Positions 8,430-17,976 of a stretch of DNA of 64,000 nt are shown piece by piece; position 1 is the stretch's first letter, and every line of letters starts with the position of its first letter. Both the position numbers and the translations under genes were made by a program. The DNA is from a virus. The stretch is from positions 1 to 64,000 of IMG/VR virus record IMGVR_UViG_3300025655_000026; one strand, written 5' to 3'. The notes under the pieces are model-generated. The model worked only from the letters and a program-made list of their open reading frames with translations. It was not told the DNA's origin and searched no databases.

Positions 8430-10487
8430 ATGAATTCTTCAAATGTGCTTAAAGCAAAAGGAGATAAAACCTTTAGCAGTTTTGATGAATTATATGCTTA
8501 CGAAGCACAAACAGACCCCAATTTGAAAGATAACTTTGCATCTAATGAATTAAAACTTGAGGGTCTAAAACAATATACTCTTTCTAACGAAGATAAAAAA
8601 CAAATAGATAATGCTAGAAAATTCAATAAGCAAATAGATGAATTAAATGATAGTCTAGGTGTTAAAAGAAAAAAAGGAACTGACTATAAAATTTATTCAA
8701 CTACGCCATCTTCTAAAAGTTTATTTCCATTTATTACAAATTCTTATTTATTTGTTGAGTTTTTAAATTTCCTTAACAGTTGTATGACAATGAGAGCGAA
8801 TGAGAAAATCGCTAATTACTTTTCATCTGGTATTTTAAACTACATTAAGATGGCTGAATATGAATCGCCAATTGAAGAAGATAAATATACTCAAGAGGAT
8901 ATAGATAAGGCAAAAGAATTAGAAGAAGAATTGTCTATGATTTGTGAAAAAGCACAAAATTTTGCCCTTAAAAAATATTCAAATATTAATGGATTTAAAG
9001 CAGTATCTTTGGCCTATGAAAAAATGTATAATAAAAAATATCTCACGGCAAAAGATAAGAGATTAAAGGGTTCTGCTATTAAAGATATTATTTATTATTT
9101 GAATACTGATTTAACTCCTAAAGAAGAAATAACTGGAATAATTACTATTATGAAAAAACATAAAATAGACATAGATAATAGAAATAAAATTCTAGAAGAT
9201 TTAGACGAAGCCAATAAAAAAGCATTGGAAGAAGGCAGATTAAAGGGAGAACTAACTCGTAAACTCCAAAGAGAACATAGAAATAAAGAGATGGAGTTAG
9301 CAAAAGAAACGGATTCAGTTAAAATAACAGAATACATGGATTCTCTACCTGAAGGAATTAAAGAAGAAGTTATTGAACAATATAAAGAAATAGTAATACC
9401 ACAGATTAAATCTCGCATTGAAGCAAAAGAAAATAAAGATACACCTTTTAATTCCACAGAAAAGAATGAATTAGAAAAAAGACTTGAAAATTACAAAAAA
9501 ATGCTAGTAGAAACTAAAAATAAATATGATTCCTTTATGAAAGAAAGAAATAAAGAATTGAAAACTATTGAAGATAAAATACAGAATGCAAAAAAAGTAT
9601 TTCAAGAGTGGAGTGAATCAACAGTTGGAAATAGAAAACCAAATGAATATAGTCTCAAAGACCAACAATTAGAAAAAAAATTAGCAGAGTTTAGAAAACA
9701 AATAGATGAAATTAATCAAAAAAATAAAAAAGAGAAAGAAAATTTGTTAGACAAAATAAAAATTACTAAAGAACAAATTAGTTCAACAGAAAATGCTTTA
9801 AAAGAAAAGGGAGATAGTGAGTCATCAATTGATGAATTACAACTTTTTTTGGATGAGTATAATTTTAATTATATGCATTTAGATATTTTACATAGGAAAT
9901 TTATGAATGATTTAGTGGATGAACAATTACAAGATTACACAGATGAAATCAATCAAAAATTTAAAGATATTAAAGAAAGTAAAAAGATGGAGTTTAATCG
10001 CATTGAGAGAGTCAAAGAACAAATTGATTTTTTAGTAGATAATGCAGAAGAAATCATACGAATAGCAAATCTAGTTGATTCAATTAATGCTAATAAAGGA
10101 GAATTATTTATTGAATCCAAAGAGGATGAAGAAATAGATAAGAATAAATTTATAAAACAAGTTAAAGAAGCAAAGGATGCCTACATTGAATCTGGAAATC
10201 ACATTGAAGATATTATAAAATTACTTTCTAAATTGGAAAAAGAATATGAAGAGGTTTCGGATTTCTTAGAAGAAATAACAGAAGATAGCGAATCCGAAGA
10301 AGCAAAAACAGATATTAATGAAATCATAGAAGATATAGATGAGGAAATAAATGATTCCTTAGTTAATAGAGATAGAATTTTTAGAGAAATAAATAGCAAA
10401 ACAAAAGACCTCAATGAAGAAATAGAAACATTAACTCAGTTGATAACAGAAACAAAAAAGATTGGATTTAAAAAATATAAGGAGTGA
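8430..10487 (+). CDS. Long E/K-rich coiled-coil protein
   Basis: 685 aa, GAGGTG RBS, extended heptad-like stretches, very A-rich DNA. Confidence 0.65.
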   Translation: MNSSNVLKAKGDKTFSSFDELYAYEAQTDPNLKDNFASNELKLEGLKQYTLSNEDKKQIDNARKFNKQIDELNDSLGVKRKKGTDYKIYSTTPSSKSLFPFITNSYLFVEFLNFLNSCMTMRANEKIANYFSSGILNYIKMAEYESPIEEDKYTQEDIDKAKELEEELSMICEKAQNFALKKYSNINGFKAVSLAYEKMYNKKYLTAKDKRLKGSAIKDIIYYLNTDLTPKEEITGIITIMKKHKIDIDNRNKILEDLDEANKKALEEGRLKGELTRKLQREHRNKEMELAKETDSVKITEYMDSLPEGIKEEVIEQYKEIVIPQIKSRIEAKENKDTPFNSTEKNELEKRLENYKKMLVETKNKYDSFMKERNKELKTIEDKIQNAKKVFQEWSESTVGNRKPNEYSLKDQQLEKKLAEFRKQIDEINQKNKKEKENLLDKIKITKEQISSTENALKEKGDSESSIDELQLFLDEYNFNYMHLDILHRKFMNDLVDEQLQDYTDEINQKFKDIKESKKMEFNRIERVKEQIDFLVDNAEEIIRIANLVDSINANKGELFIESKEDEEIDKNKFIKQVKEAKDAYIESGNHIEDIIKLLSKLEKEYEEVSDFLEEITEDSESEEAKTDINEIIEDIDEEINDSLVNRDRIFREINSKTKDLNEEIETLTQLITETKKIGFKKYKE

Positions 10488-10494
10488 AATAAAC

Positions 10495-10845
10495 ATGGAT
10501 TGGATGAAAGTTCTAAAAGAAGAAATTGTTGAGACTGATGCTGATATTTTATCTTCTCTTGATGATAAACAAAGAAAGCGACTTAAGAAAACACTTCAAT
10601 CAGCCGAACCGACTGAATTTTTCGGTCAAGATTTTACAAAACTCGGAGAACTTATTGAAATTATGAGCGAACTAAATTTAGTTAAAGCCGATAAGAAACT
10701 CAACAAGAAGATGAAATCAATGGATGAACGGAATATTGATATTGTAGCCACCGCTACCAAACTTCGTAAGGAGTATGAATTGTTGTTTAGGCAACTCTAT
10801 GATATGGTCTATCCTAAGAGAATGGAGGATGAAGTAAATGAGTGA
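10495..10845 (+). CDS. Hypothetical head-module protein (starts MDWMKVLK)
   Basis: GGAGTG RBS upstream of ATG 10495 favours this start over 10462. Confidence 0.65.
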   Translation: MDWMKVLKEEIVETDADILSSLDDKQRKRLKKTLQSAEPTEFFGQDFTKLGELIEIMSELNLVKADKKLNKKMKSMDERNIDIVATATKLRKEYELLFRQLYDMVYPKRMEDEVNE

Positions 10846-11083
10846 AGATAATTCAATTAATGAAGACCTGTTAGCCATCGTTAAGGCATTGGCTGATAAG
10901 GTTGAGAGTCTAGAAAAAACAATTTACGCTAAAGATAGTCTTTTGATGAAGGCTGGCTTAGTCGTTACCCAAAGTCCAACTCCAAGCATGAATAGAACTA
11001 TTGGTGGTTCTTCTACCATTAGCGGAGATATTTCTAAAATGGATTGGAGTGATATTCATAAGATGATTAAGGAGTATGAGTAA
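10838..11083 (+). CDS. Small coiled-coil protein with a scaffold-like C-terminus
   Basis: DISKMDWSDIHKMI matches the protease/scaffold end DIASMDWADVHRLV. Confidence 0.65.
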   Translation: MSEDNSINEDLLAIVKALADKVESLEKTIYAKDSLLMKAGLVVTQSPTPSMNRTIGGSSTISGDISKMDWSDIHKMIKEYE

Positions 11084-11318
11084 AATGCCTGAAAGAGTAA
11101 CTAAAGAAGAAAGAATGATTAGTCTAGCCATTGAAAAGGCTCGCCTAGCAAAAGAAATGCTACAAGAGGAATCTATTCATGAAAGACTTCCTGTTGAAGA
11201 TGATAGCCAAGAAGTGAAAATCACAAAGCCAAAGAATCTACGAGCAGAAAAAATTCAAAATCAAACTGCTAAAGATGAAGGCTACGGATTGGCTGGAGAA
11301 GTTACAGACAATTCGTGA
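11076..11318 (+). CDS. Hypothetical protein
   Basis: 80-aa ORF with GGAG RBS, overlapping both neighbours. Confidence 0.55.
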   Translation: MSKMPERVTKEERMISLAIEKARLAKEMLQEESIHERLPVEDDSQEVKITKPKNLRAEKIQNQTAKDEGYGLAGEVTDNS

Positions 11319-13831
11319 TTTCCATGAAACTCTCTAGCATTGAGAAAGATAAGCAACCTTCGGTTGAAATTCTTCGCCTATTTGAAAAGGTTAGAGTCGC
11401 CTATCTTTCTGCTAATGAAGACCCAAAAGAATATGGTAATCGCTGGAGAAGCGCAGTTAAGTTAATAGAAGAATCATATAATGAATATGATTCTGCTGGA
11501 AAAGAAATGAAAAACTTCGTTGAAGAAAAAGACTTAGAGGATAAGGAAGTAAATAATCCTCAAAGCCAAACTGCTAGAAGAGTATATCAAGGAATAAAGC
11601 AACTAAGATATGCTTCGGAATTAGTAGATGACCCATTTGCTAGAAGATTTAAAGAAAATGTATTAGAAGAACTCTTAGGAAATCCCGAAAGCATGATTAA
11701 ATTCGTTCACTATGCTTTGAGAAGTGATTCTAAATCTTTGCCTAAAGAAGTATGGGCGATAAAAGATATGGGAGAAGACACTTTAACTGATGGACTACAA
11801 GGGCTTGATTTGCAGGAAGAAGATATTGCTCTTTACATCATTGAGCATTATGGTGACGGTAAAGATTCAAAGAAAGTAGAAAAAGAAGTTAAACAGGCTT
11901 TAGATATGTTGGAACTTCTTTATTTCTCAAGATATGATAAAGAAGATTATTCAGCATTAAAAGATATTGAAAAGGCTGAAAAATCAGAAAGTGATTTTAT
12001 AATTCCAAATAAACCAATGTATCGCATTTTTGATATTGATGATATTAATGAACTTAAAGGCTTTAGTGGTAATTGGGTCGTTCAAGAAAAATACGATGGT
12101 ATGAGAGTTCAACTCCATAAGATTGATAATAACATCAAAGTCTTTTCTTACAATGAAAAAGATATTACTGATAAGTGTGAAGATATTGTGAAAGAACTTC
12201 GTGCAAAGAAGTTCGGAGATTGTATTCTTGATGCTGAACTTATTTTATTTGATGGAGATGAAGCCCTACATAGAGCAGATACTATTGCTCATGTTTTCAA
12301 AAATAAATATCCCGATGCTAAACTAAGATGTTCAGTATTTGATATTCTAAGACACGAAGAACAGAATCTAGCAGATGAAGAACTAGAAAAGAGAATTACT
12401 ATTTTGTTCAATAATTATTCGGGTGACTCTACTGATGCTTTGGCTTTCCCATCTAAGAAAGATACTAGAATGGCTGACAACTTAAAAGATATTGAAGAGT
12501 ATGCTAAAGAGATTATGGAAATGCCTACGGCAGAAGGAGTTGTCATTAAAGATGCAACCTCTACTTATTATATCGGCACAAAGAAAAATCCAAAGTGGAT
12601 TAAGTGGAAGAAGTTTGTAGACCTAGATTTGATTGTCCTTGATAAAAAGGAAACAAAATCCAATTTATTCTCTTATAGTCTAGGGGCAGGGCCAGTAAAT
12701 GAGGAAAATAAGTTCACTAAAGAAATTGATGGAATCCTATACTTAGATGTGGGTAAGGCACTCAATACTTCAATTGAAGTTGATGTAGGTGACATTGTAA
12801 GAGTTAAGGTAGATGAAGTAAAACCTAGTGAGGATAGATTTACTGTTTATTCAGCAAAGGTCATTGAAGTTCCCGAAGTAGAATATCCCGATAAGATTGT
12901 TACTTTGGAAATGTTGGCTCAAGATACAAAGAAGTCGCTTAACTATAATGTAGAAGCACTTGAAAAAGGAATTAGAATTACTGACCATATTCACGGAGAG
13001 GCCACCATTATTATGAAAGGTGAATTAGATGGTTTTACTATCTATGGCTTTGAACAAAATAATCTAATGTCTAAAAATGCAATTGCTGATTTGAATGTTT
13101 GGAAAGAGGCGGCAGTTGAAATCATGAAAACTAAAAATAGTGAGATGTTTAATGCTATATTCCAATTCCTTAAAGAAAATGGTGAAAAAGATTTAGCAGA
13201 CATTGATGAATTCTTAAAGAAACAAATTCCTTCTTTATACGAAGATACTGTTGGCTCGGATAAAAAAGAACTTGTAAAGTGGCTTAAAGTTAGAAAAGAT
13301 GATGGGATTCAATTTGTAAATAAAAAATTCCAAGCCGACCCAACAAAAATTCTTTCGGAAGATGAAGATGAATTGAATGGTGAAATTCTAAAACAATACA
13401 AAACTCCCGAAGAATATAGAAAAGGCAACTTTAAGATTTATGACCGTGAAGATGGTAACTTGAATGTTGTTATGTCTTTAGGCGATGAAAAAATCAATTG
13501 GTTTATTGATATTGAAGATAGTGTAGATATTTTTGATTTGTTTGGAAAAGCAGGTAAGTTTCCAGCGAGAGTTGCAGATACTATACAAAGAGATAAGGTC
13601 ATTGATTCGGGAGAAGTGGAATTAGGTATTCAAAGAAATGGCTATCATGAATATTTCTTAGAAGGAAATAAATTCCAAACTAAGTTTCATGTTAGATACC
13701 TTCCCGTTAAAGATAAGAAAATGTGGTTAGCATGGACTGGATATAAGCAAAAACCTGCCAAAATAGAAGGGGATGAGGGTTTATGGAATATAAGAGAAGA
13801 TAAATATGCAAATGCCGAAATACCAAAATAA
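11315..13831 (+). CDS. lig: Multidomain ATP-dependent DNA ligase in the head module
   Basis: Motif I QEKYDGMR, ILDAEL, VFDIL, EGVVIK, WIKWKK, OB domain; extra N- and C-terminal domains. Confidence 0.85.
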   Translation: MISMKLSSIEKDKQPSVEILRLFEKVRVAYLSANEDPKEYGNRWRSAVKLIEESYNEYDSAGKEMKNFVEEKDLEDKEVNNPQSQTARRVYQGIKQLRYASELVDDPFARRFKENVLEELLGNPESMIKFVHYALRSDSKSLPKEVWAIKDMGEDTLTDGLQGLDLQEEDIALYIIEHYGDGKDSKKVEKEVKQALDMLELLYFSRYDKEDYSALKDIEKAEKSESDFIIPNKPMYRIFDIDDINELKGFSGNWVVQEKYDGMRVQLHKIDNNIKVFSYNEKDITDKCEDIVKELRAKKFGDCILDAELILFDGDEALHRADTIAHVFKNKYPDAKLRCSVFDILRHEEQNLADEELEKRITILFNNYSGDSTDALAFPSKKDTRMADNLKDIEEYAKEIMEMPTAEGVVIKDATSTYYIGTKKNPKWIKWKKFVDLDLIVLDKKETKSNLFSYSLGAGPVNEENKFTKEIDGILYLDVGKALNTSIEVDVGDIVRVKVDEVKPSEDRFTVYSAKVIEVPEVEYPDKIVTLEMLAQDTKKSLNYNVEALEKGIRITDHIHGEATIIMKGELDGFTIYGFEQNNLMSKNAIADLNVWKEAAVEIMKTKNSEMFNAIFQFLKENGEKDLADIDEFLKKQIPSLYEDTVGSDKKELVKWLKVRKDDGIQFVNKKFQADPTKILSEDEDELNGEILKQYKTPEEYRKGNFKIYDREDGNLNVVMSLGDEKINWFIDIEDSVDIFDLFGKAGKFPARVADTIQRDKVIDSGEVELGIQRNGYHEYFLEGNKFQTKFHVRYLPVKDKKMWLAWTGYKQKPAKIEGDEGLWNIREDKYANAEIPK

Positions 13832-13840
13832 CCGTGTAAC

Positions 13841-13848
13841 TTAAATAG
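13841..13848 (+). promoter_or_regulatory. Candidate late promoter (TATA-like TTAAATAG)
   Basis: In the intergenic gap before the protease gene; same octamer at 17000-17007. Confidence 0.4.
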
Positions 13849-13868
13849 TAGATTGTTGAACGAGGAGG

Positions 13869-15032
13869 ATGAAAGCCATGACGCTTATGCTAAAGGCTGA
13901 GAGAAATGATGAATTTCAAATCCTGAAAAGCGATGAACTAATGATTGGAGGATATGCGAGTATTGAAATCGTAGACAAACAAAACGATTTGATTACACTA
14001 AAAGCACTTAACGAAGCAGTTCAAAAATTTATGGAGAAAGATAGATTTAGAAATGTAATGACAAATCACTCAAATGTTCAAGTTGGAGAAGTAGTAAAAT
14101 CATACAGAGATAAAACGGGGAGGATATGGAAAACAGAAGTAGACGATGTGGGCTTCTTTGTTGTAATTAAACTCCGTGATGATATTGAAAAAGCAAAAGA
14201 AATAAATAGAGGTATTCGCAAAGGGTCGTTAAGGTCGTTTAGCATAGGAGGACAAGCGTTACAGAAGGTGAAAAAATCTCATCCCGAATTAGGTGAATAT
14301 AACGAGATTAGTAAACTAGAATTACACGAAGTAACTATATGCGAAAAAGGAATTAACCCCGAAGCGAAGTTTGACATATTAAAACAAGAAAAAGGAAGTG
14401 AAACAATGAGCAAAATGGAAAAAGCATTGGCAGAACTAGACGCACTTATGGCAGAGGTAAACACTTTGCGTAAGGAAGAAATGAACGAAGAAATGGAAAG
14501 CATGGCTATGCCCGAAGAAGAGGAAGAGTCTATGGGATATTCCGATGAGGAAGCAAAGTCTCTTGTTCCAACAGAAGACGGTGCTGGAGTTGAAATCGGT
14601 GAGCCAGCAGACCGTGTTGTGATTGACAACGGAAACCCAACAGGTAGCGATATGCCAGTTGTTAAGGCTTTTAACAACGATGAAGTTTCAACTCTTAACC
14701 TTACAAATGGAAACATTGAGAAGGCTTACGAGGCTTTCCGAGCAGAACAACTTGAGAAGTTGGCTTTCTCACAATTGCAGAAGTCTTTTGAGGCTCGCTT
14801 TGAAAAAGAACTTTCAAGCCGAGAAGATATGCTCGCAAAGCAAAACTATGATGCGGCAACTGAAATTGCTTCTCTTAAAGAAGAATTTAGTGAACTCCGC
14901 AAATCTTTGACTGCTGAAAAAGATGCCATTGTAAAGGCTCAAGAAGCAGTTCGTGCAAACATTCCATCAATGGATGACATTGCCTCAATGGATTGGGCTG
15001 ATGTTCACCGCTTGGTTGGAGGAAATTATTGA
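13869..15032 (+). CDS. Prohead protease fused to a scaffold domain
   Basis: IGGYAS, DKQND, catalytic His (TNH), FSIGG, LHEVT..GINPEA (HK97-type protease); acidic coiled-coil C-terminal half. Confidence 0.9.
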   Translation: MKAMTLMLKAERNDEFQILKSDELMIGGYASIEIVDKQNDLITLKALNEAVQKFMEKDRFRNVMTNHSNVQVGEVVKSYRDKTGRIWKTEVDDVGFFVVIKLRDDIEKAKEINRGIRKGSLRSFSIGGQALQKVKKSHPELGEYNEISKLELHEVTICEKGINPEAKFDILKQEKGSETMSKMEKALAELDALMAEVNTLRKEEMNEEMESMAMPEEEEESMGYSDEEAKSLVPTEDGAGVEIGEPADRVVIDNGNPTGSDMPVVKAFNNDEVSTLNLTNGNIEKAYEAFRAEQLEKLAFSQLQKSFEARFEKELSSREDMLAKQNYDAATEIASLKEEFSELRKSLTAEKDAIVKAQEAVRANIPSMDDIASMDWADVHRLVGGNY

Positions 15033-15041
15033 GGTGATATT

Positions 15042-16343
15042 ATGGGATACATTAACACAATTGCAGATTTAGAAGCACAAAGTTACGGACTGAACATGGC
15101 AGGATATGCTGGAAACGATTTGTTGAAAGCGGCTGGCGGACTAAGTGGGCTACATACTCCCCACGATGGAGCGCAAACCGCACCAACAGGTTATTTGGCT
15201 AACCTTTACAATCAAGTTTATGGCCAAAAAGTTTGGTCAATGTTGAACCGAGAATGCAACGCACTTTCAGTTATCTCAAAGCGACCATACACTTCAAGCG
15301 GTTGGAGAGTTCTAAGTGAGCGACCTGCTGGTGGTTCAAGCGCACAACTTTCAGTTGGAACATCGGGTGCTATTGGTGCTTCCGCAACTTCGGCTGATTT
15401 GATTGGTGGTGTGCCAGAAAATCAAAGCATTGGTAGCGGTGGTCTTCAAGCCATTGCACCAACATATGCTCAACTATACCTTTCTCCAAAGACTGTTGCT
15501 CATCAATTTGAGTTCAGCGAAATTGCTTTGGAAATGGCAAAAATTGATGATGGTATTGGTGACATTAGAGCGCAAATGAGAGAAGACATGGGTAAGCATC
15601 ACGCTGAAATGCAAAACAAGATGTTGGTTATGCCTTTGGAATTCTACGGTGAACCTACCGCTTTGTCTACTCTAGAAGATAACTACACTTCACTTTACAA
15701 AGTTGTTACTTCCACCGCAGAAATTGACATTGCTGATACAGACAACCTTTACTCCGAAGCACAAGGCGATTTGATTAACAACATTTACGGCTCAAACAGA
15801 ACAAGTGCTTCTTTCCTTGATGCTACTGTTGATTACGGTGACGGATATGTTGCGGCAGATGTGCGAAGTCTTACACTTACTCGTCTTAACGCAATGATTC
15901 GTGATTTGAGAATTGAAGGCGGTTCACCAAAGGTTATTTTGACTGGTTACGATACTATTCAAGCATTGGCTGACCTTCTTCAAGCACAAGAGCGATTTAT
16001 GGATAGAAAAGAAATTGTTCCAACTGTGAACGGTGTTCGTGGTGTAAAGGGTCAAGAAGTTGGATTCCGTGTTTCAACTTACTACGATATTCCTTTGATT
16101 CCAGTCAAAGACATGGCTTCAACCACACATTCATCTGTTACTGGTATTTCCGATATGTTGTTCCTTGATACTGACCATTTGTGGCTTTCAGTCATGAAGC
16201 CAACTCAATATCTTGAGGATGGTATTACCAACGGAAACCCATTCGGTGTTGGTCGTCTAGGTAATACTGGACTTTACCGAACCATTGGTGAAGTCGGTTG
16301 TTCATTCTTTAAGGGTCAAGGCAAGATTACGAACCTTCAATGA
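15042..16343 (+). CDS. Major capsid protein (HK97 fold)
   Basis: 433 aa directly after the protease; GAGGTGA RBS; PKTVAHQFEFS, YYDIPLIP, MLFLD patterns. Confidence 0.9.
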   Translation: MGYINTIADLEAQSYGLNMAGYAGNDLLKAAGGLSGLHTPHDGAQTAPTGYLANLYNQVYGQKVWSMLNRECNALSVISKRPYTSSGWRVLSERPAGGSSAQLSVGTSGAIGASATSADLIGGVPENQSIGSGGLQAIAPTYAQLYLSPKTVAHQFEFSEIALEMAKIDDGIGDIRAQMREDMGKHHAEMQNKMLVMPLEFYGEPTALSTLEDNYTSLYKVVTSTAEIDIADTDNLYSEAQGDLINNIYGSNRTSASFLDATVDYGDGYVAADVRSLTLTRLNAMIRDLRIEGGSPKVILTGYDTIQALADLLQAQERFMDRKEIVPTVNGVRGVKGQEVGFRVSTYYDIPLIPVKDMASTTHSSVTGISDMLFLDTDHLWLSVMKPTQYLEDGITNGNPFGVGRLGNTGLYRTIGEVGCSFFKGQGKITNLQ

Positions 16344-16353
16344 GGTGATTTAA

Positions 16354-16620
16354 GTGGCTTTTTCATATACAGTTACTTCAAACACCGTGTTTGGTAATAA
16401 GCGAATTGTCTTTGGAAGTTTCACCAATGGCGTAAGTGATACTGGCGGAGAAGTTGCTACTGGTCTAAAAACAGTAGATTTCTTCATTCCTATCGGTAGT
16501 AGCCTACCTCTAACGGCTCAAATCAATGAAACTTTCCCTCTTTCTAGCGGGAATGTTACGATTGTTACTGACCCTGATTTAGACGGATATTGGATGGCTA
16601 TTGGCGACGGTTTGGTTTGA
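16354..16620 (+). CDS. Putative head decoration/structural protein
   Basis: Small beta-rich ORF after MCP with GAGGTGA RBS. Confidence 0.5.
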   Translation: MAFSYTVTSNTVFGNKRIVFGSFTNGVSDTGGEVATGLKTVDFFIPIGSSLPLTAQINETFPLSSGNVTIVTDPDLDGYWMAIGDGLV

Positions 16621-16629
16621 GGGATTTTT

Positions 16630-16971
16630 TTGGCTTACATGGAAATCTCTGAATCATCACCATTAAGAAGATTCAAGTGCAATATTCGCTTTACAGAAGT
16701 TTCTGTGGTGAAGGGGGAAAGAGTAGAAGTTCCTAATGATTGGGCTATTTCTGCTTTGAGTCATAACGACCTTCTTTTCTCCTTCACCGCAGAAGATGAA
16801 GCATTCTTCAAGGGATTGAACGAGGCTCGCATTGCTTTAATTAACAGACAAGTGGAAGAAGAAATTCTTTCCCCAAAGGATGCGATTGCTTTATTCATTC
16901 CAAAGAAGTCTAAGCCAATTTCTGTTCCTAAAGCAACACCTGCTAAGAAGTCTAAGGCAAAGAAAGAGTAA
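16630..16971 (+). CDS. Hypothetical protein with a K/P/A-rich tail
   Basis: GAGG RBS; basic low-complexity C-terminus. Confidence 0.55.
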   Translation: MAYMEISESSPLRRFKCNIRFTEVSVVKGERVEVPNDWAISALSHNDLLFSFTAEDEAFFKGLNEARIALINRQVEEEILSPKDAIALFIPKKSKPISVPKATPAKKSKAKKE

Positions 16972-16999
16972 TCTTTCAGCCATAGATTTTGGAATTGAA

Positions 17000-17007
17000 T
17001 TAAATAG
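17000..17007 (+). promoter_or_regulatory. Candidate late promoter (TTAAATAG)
   Basis: In a 71-bp intergenic gap; identical to the 13841-13848 octamer. Confidence 0.4.
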
Positions 17008-17042
17008 GTGAACACATAAGGACATAAACAGGGGAACTTAGT

Positions 17043-17336
17043 ATGGGGTTTGCTGGTGGTTGTAGAACAAGTGGAGTATTGACTGCGAGTGCAGTTGTCA
17101 CAAAGGGTAGAGCATTATTGGTTAGTGTTCATGCTTGTGAAGTTGGCGGAACTACACCCGTTACAATTAAAATCTACGATGGCACTTCATCAAGTGGAAA
17201 AGAAATTGCTAGGCTAAATATTGCCGCAGGTCAAACAATTGAGTTTGATATGCATGGTGTTATTTGCGACAATGGAATTTACTTTGAAGAAGTTGCGGCA
17301 GGTGGAGATTCAGCAGTCTCTATTGAGTTTGCTTGA
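17043..17336 (+). CDS. Small beta-sandwich putative structural protein
   Basis: IKIYDG...G..I...NGIY pattern typical of small virion beta proteins. Confidence 0.5.
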   Translation: MGFAGGCRTSGVLTASAVVTKGRALLVSVHACEVGGTTPVTIKIYDGTSSSGKEIARLNIAAGQTIEFDMHGVICDNGIYFEEVAAGGDSAVSIEFA

Positions 17337-17345
17337 GGCGTTATT

Positions 17346-17750
17346 ATGGCGGCATTGAATCACGATACTAGACTAGTTATGACTATTCTTTTTGTTGGAA
17401 CACTTAGCGGAGCGAATGTATTCTTTTATGCTCAATACGGAACAGGATTTCCTTATGGGCCGATGACGCATTCTGTTCTCTTTGGGCTAGGAACAATTGG
17501 TTCTATTATGGTCATGAAAGCCGTCTTTGATTTGGCTCTCAATGATAAAATTGAACTATGGCTTCTTGATAGAAAGATTTCAGCATATTGGGCTAGAAAG
17601 GCTAGAGATGCTGAACAGCGAACTAAATTAGTAGAAAGCGCAAAGCAATACTCTAACAACTTCGGTTCTTCTCCATTCCAACAACCTCAAATGCTAAGTC
17701 AAGAAGATTCCAATTCAGTTGGAAATGAATTTTTGATTGGGCTACAATGA
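17346..17750 (+). CDS. Two-TM membrane protein
   Basis: Hydrophobic segments LVMTILFVGTLSGANVFFY and VLFGLGTIGSIMVM; polar C-terminal tail. Confidence 0.7.
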   Translation: MAALNHDTRLVMTILFVGTLSGANVFFYAQYGTGFPYGPMTHSVLFGLGTIGSIMVMKAVFDLALNDKIELWLLDRKISAYWARKARDAEQRTKLVESAKQYSNNFGSSPFQQPQMLSQEDSNSVGNEFLIGLQ

Positions 17751-17759
17751 GGGTTATGA

Positions 17760-17975
17760 ATGCTAGGCGACATACTAGGTATGACCGATACTGACTTCAT
17801 GTATAACCAAAGCAGAGCGCATTCTGCTGACATTTTCTTTTTGAAAATGAGAGCATGGTTTTGGGGCAGTTGTGCTACATTGTCGGCTTTATTGATTGGT
17901 AACATCATGGGAGTATTTGATTTAAATATCATGGGTTGGTTGATTGAGTCTGTAAAGTCCTTTTGGGGGCATTAG
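17760..17975 (+). CDS. Small membrane protein
   Basis: AWFWGSCATLSALLIGNIMGVF TM segment plus an amphipathic C-terminal helix. Confidence 0.7.
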   Translation: MLGDILGMTDTDFMYNQSRAHSADIFFLKMRAWFWGSCATLSALLIGNIMGVFDLNIMGWLIESVKSFWGH

Positions 17976-17976
17976 G

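Noticed and set aside
8430-10487. SMC/Rad50 call for the coiled-coil protein
   Set aside because: No Walker A/B or ABC signature motif
17346-17975. Confident holin annotation for the two membrane genes
   Set aside because: Topology is compatible, but there is no family motif or adjacent endolysin; kept only as part of the GTPase-cluster hypothesis
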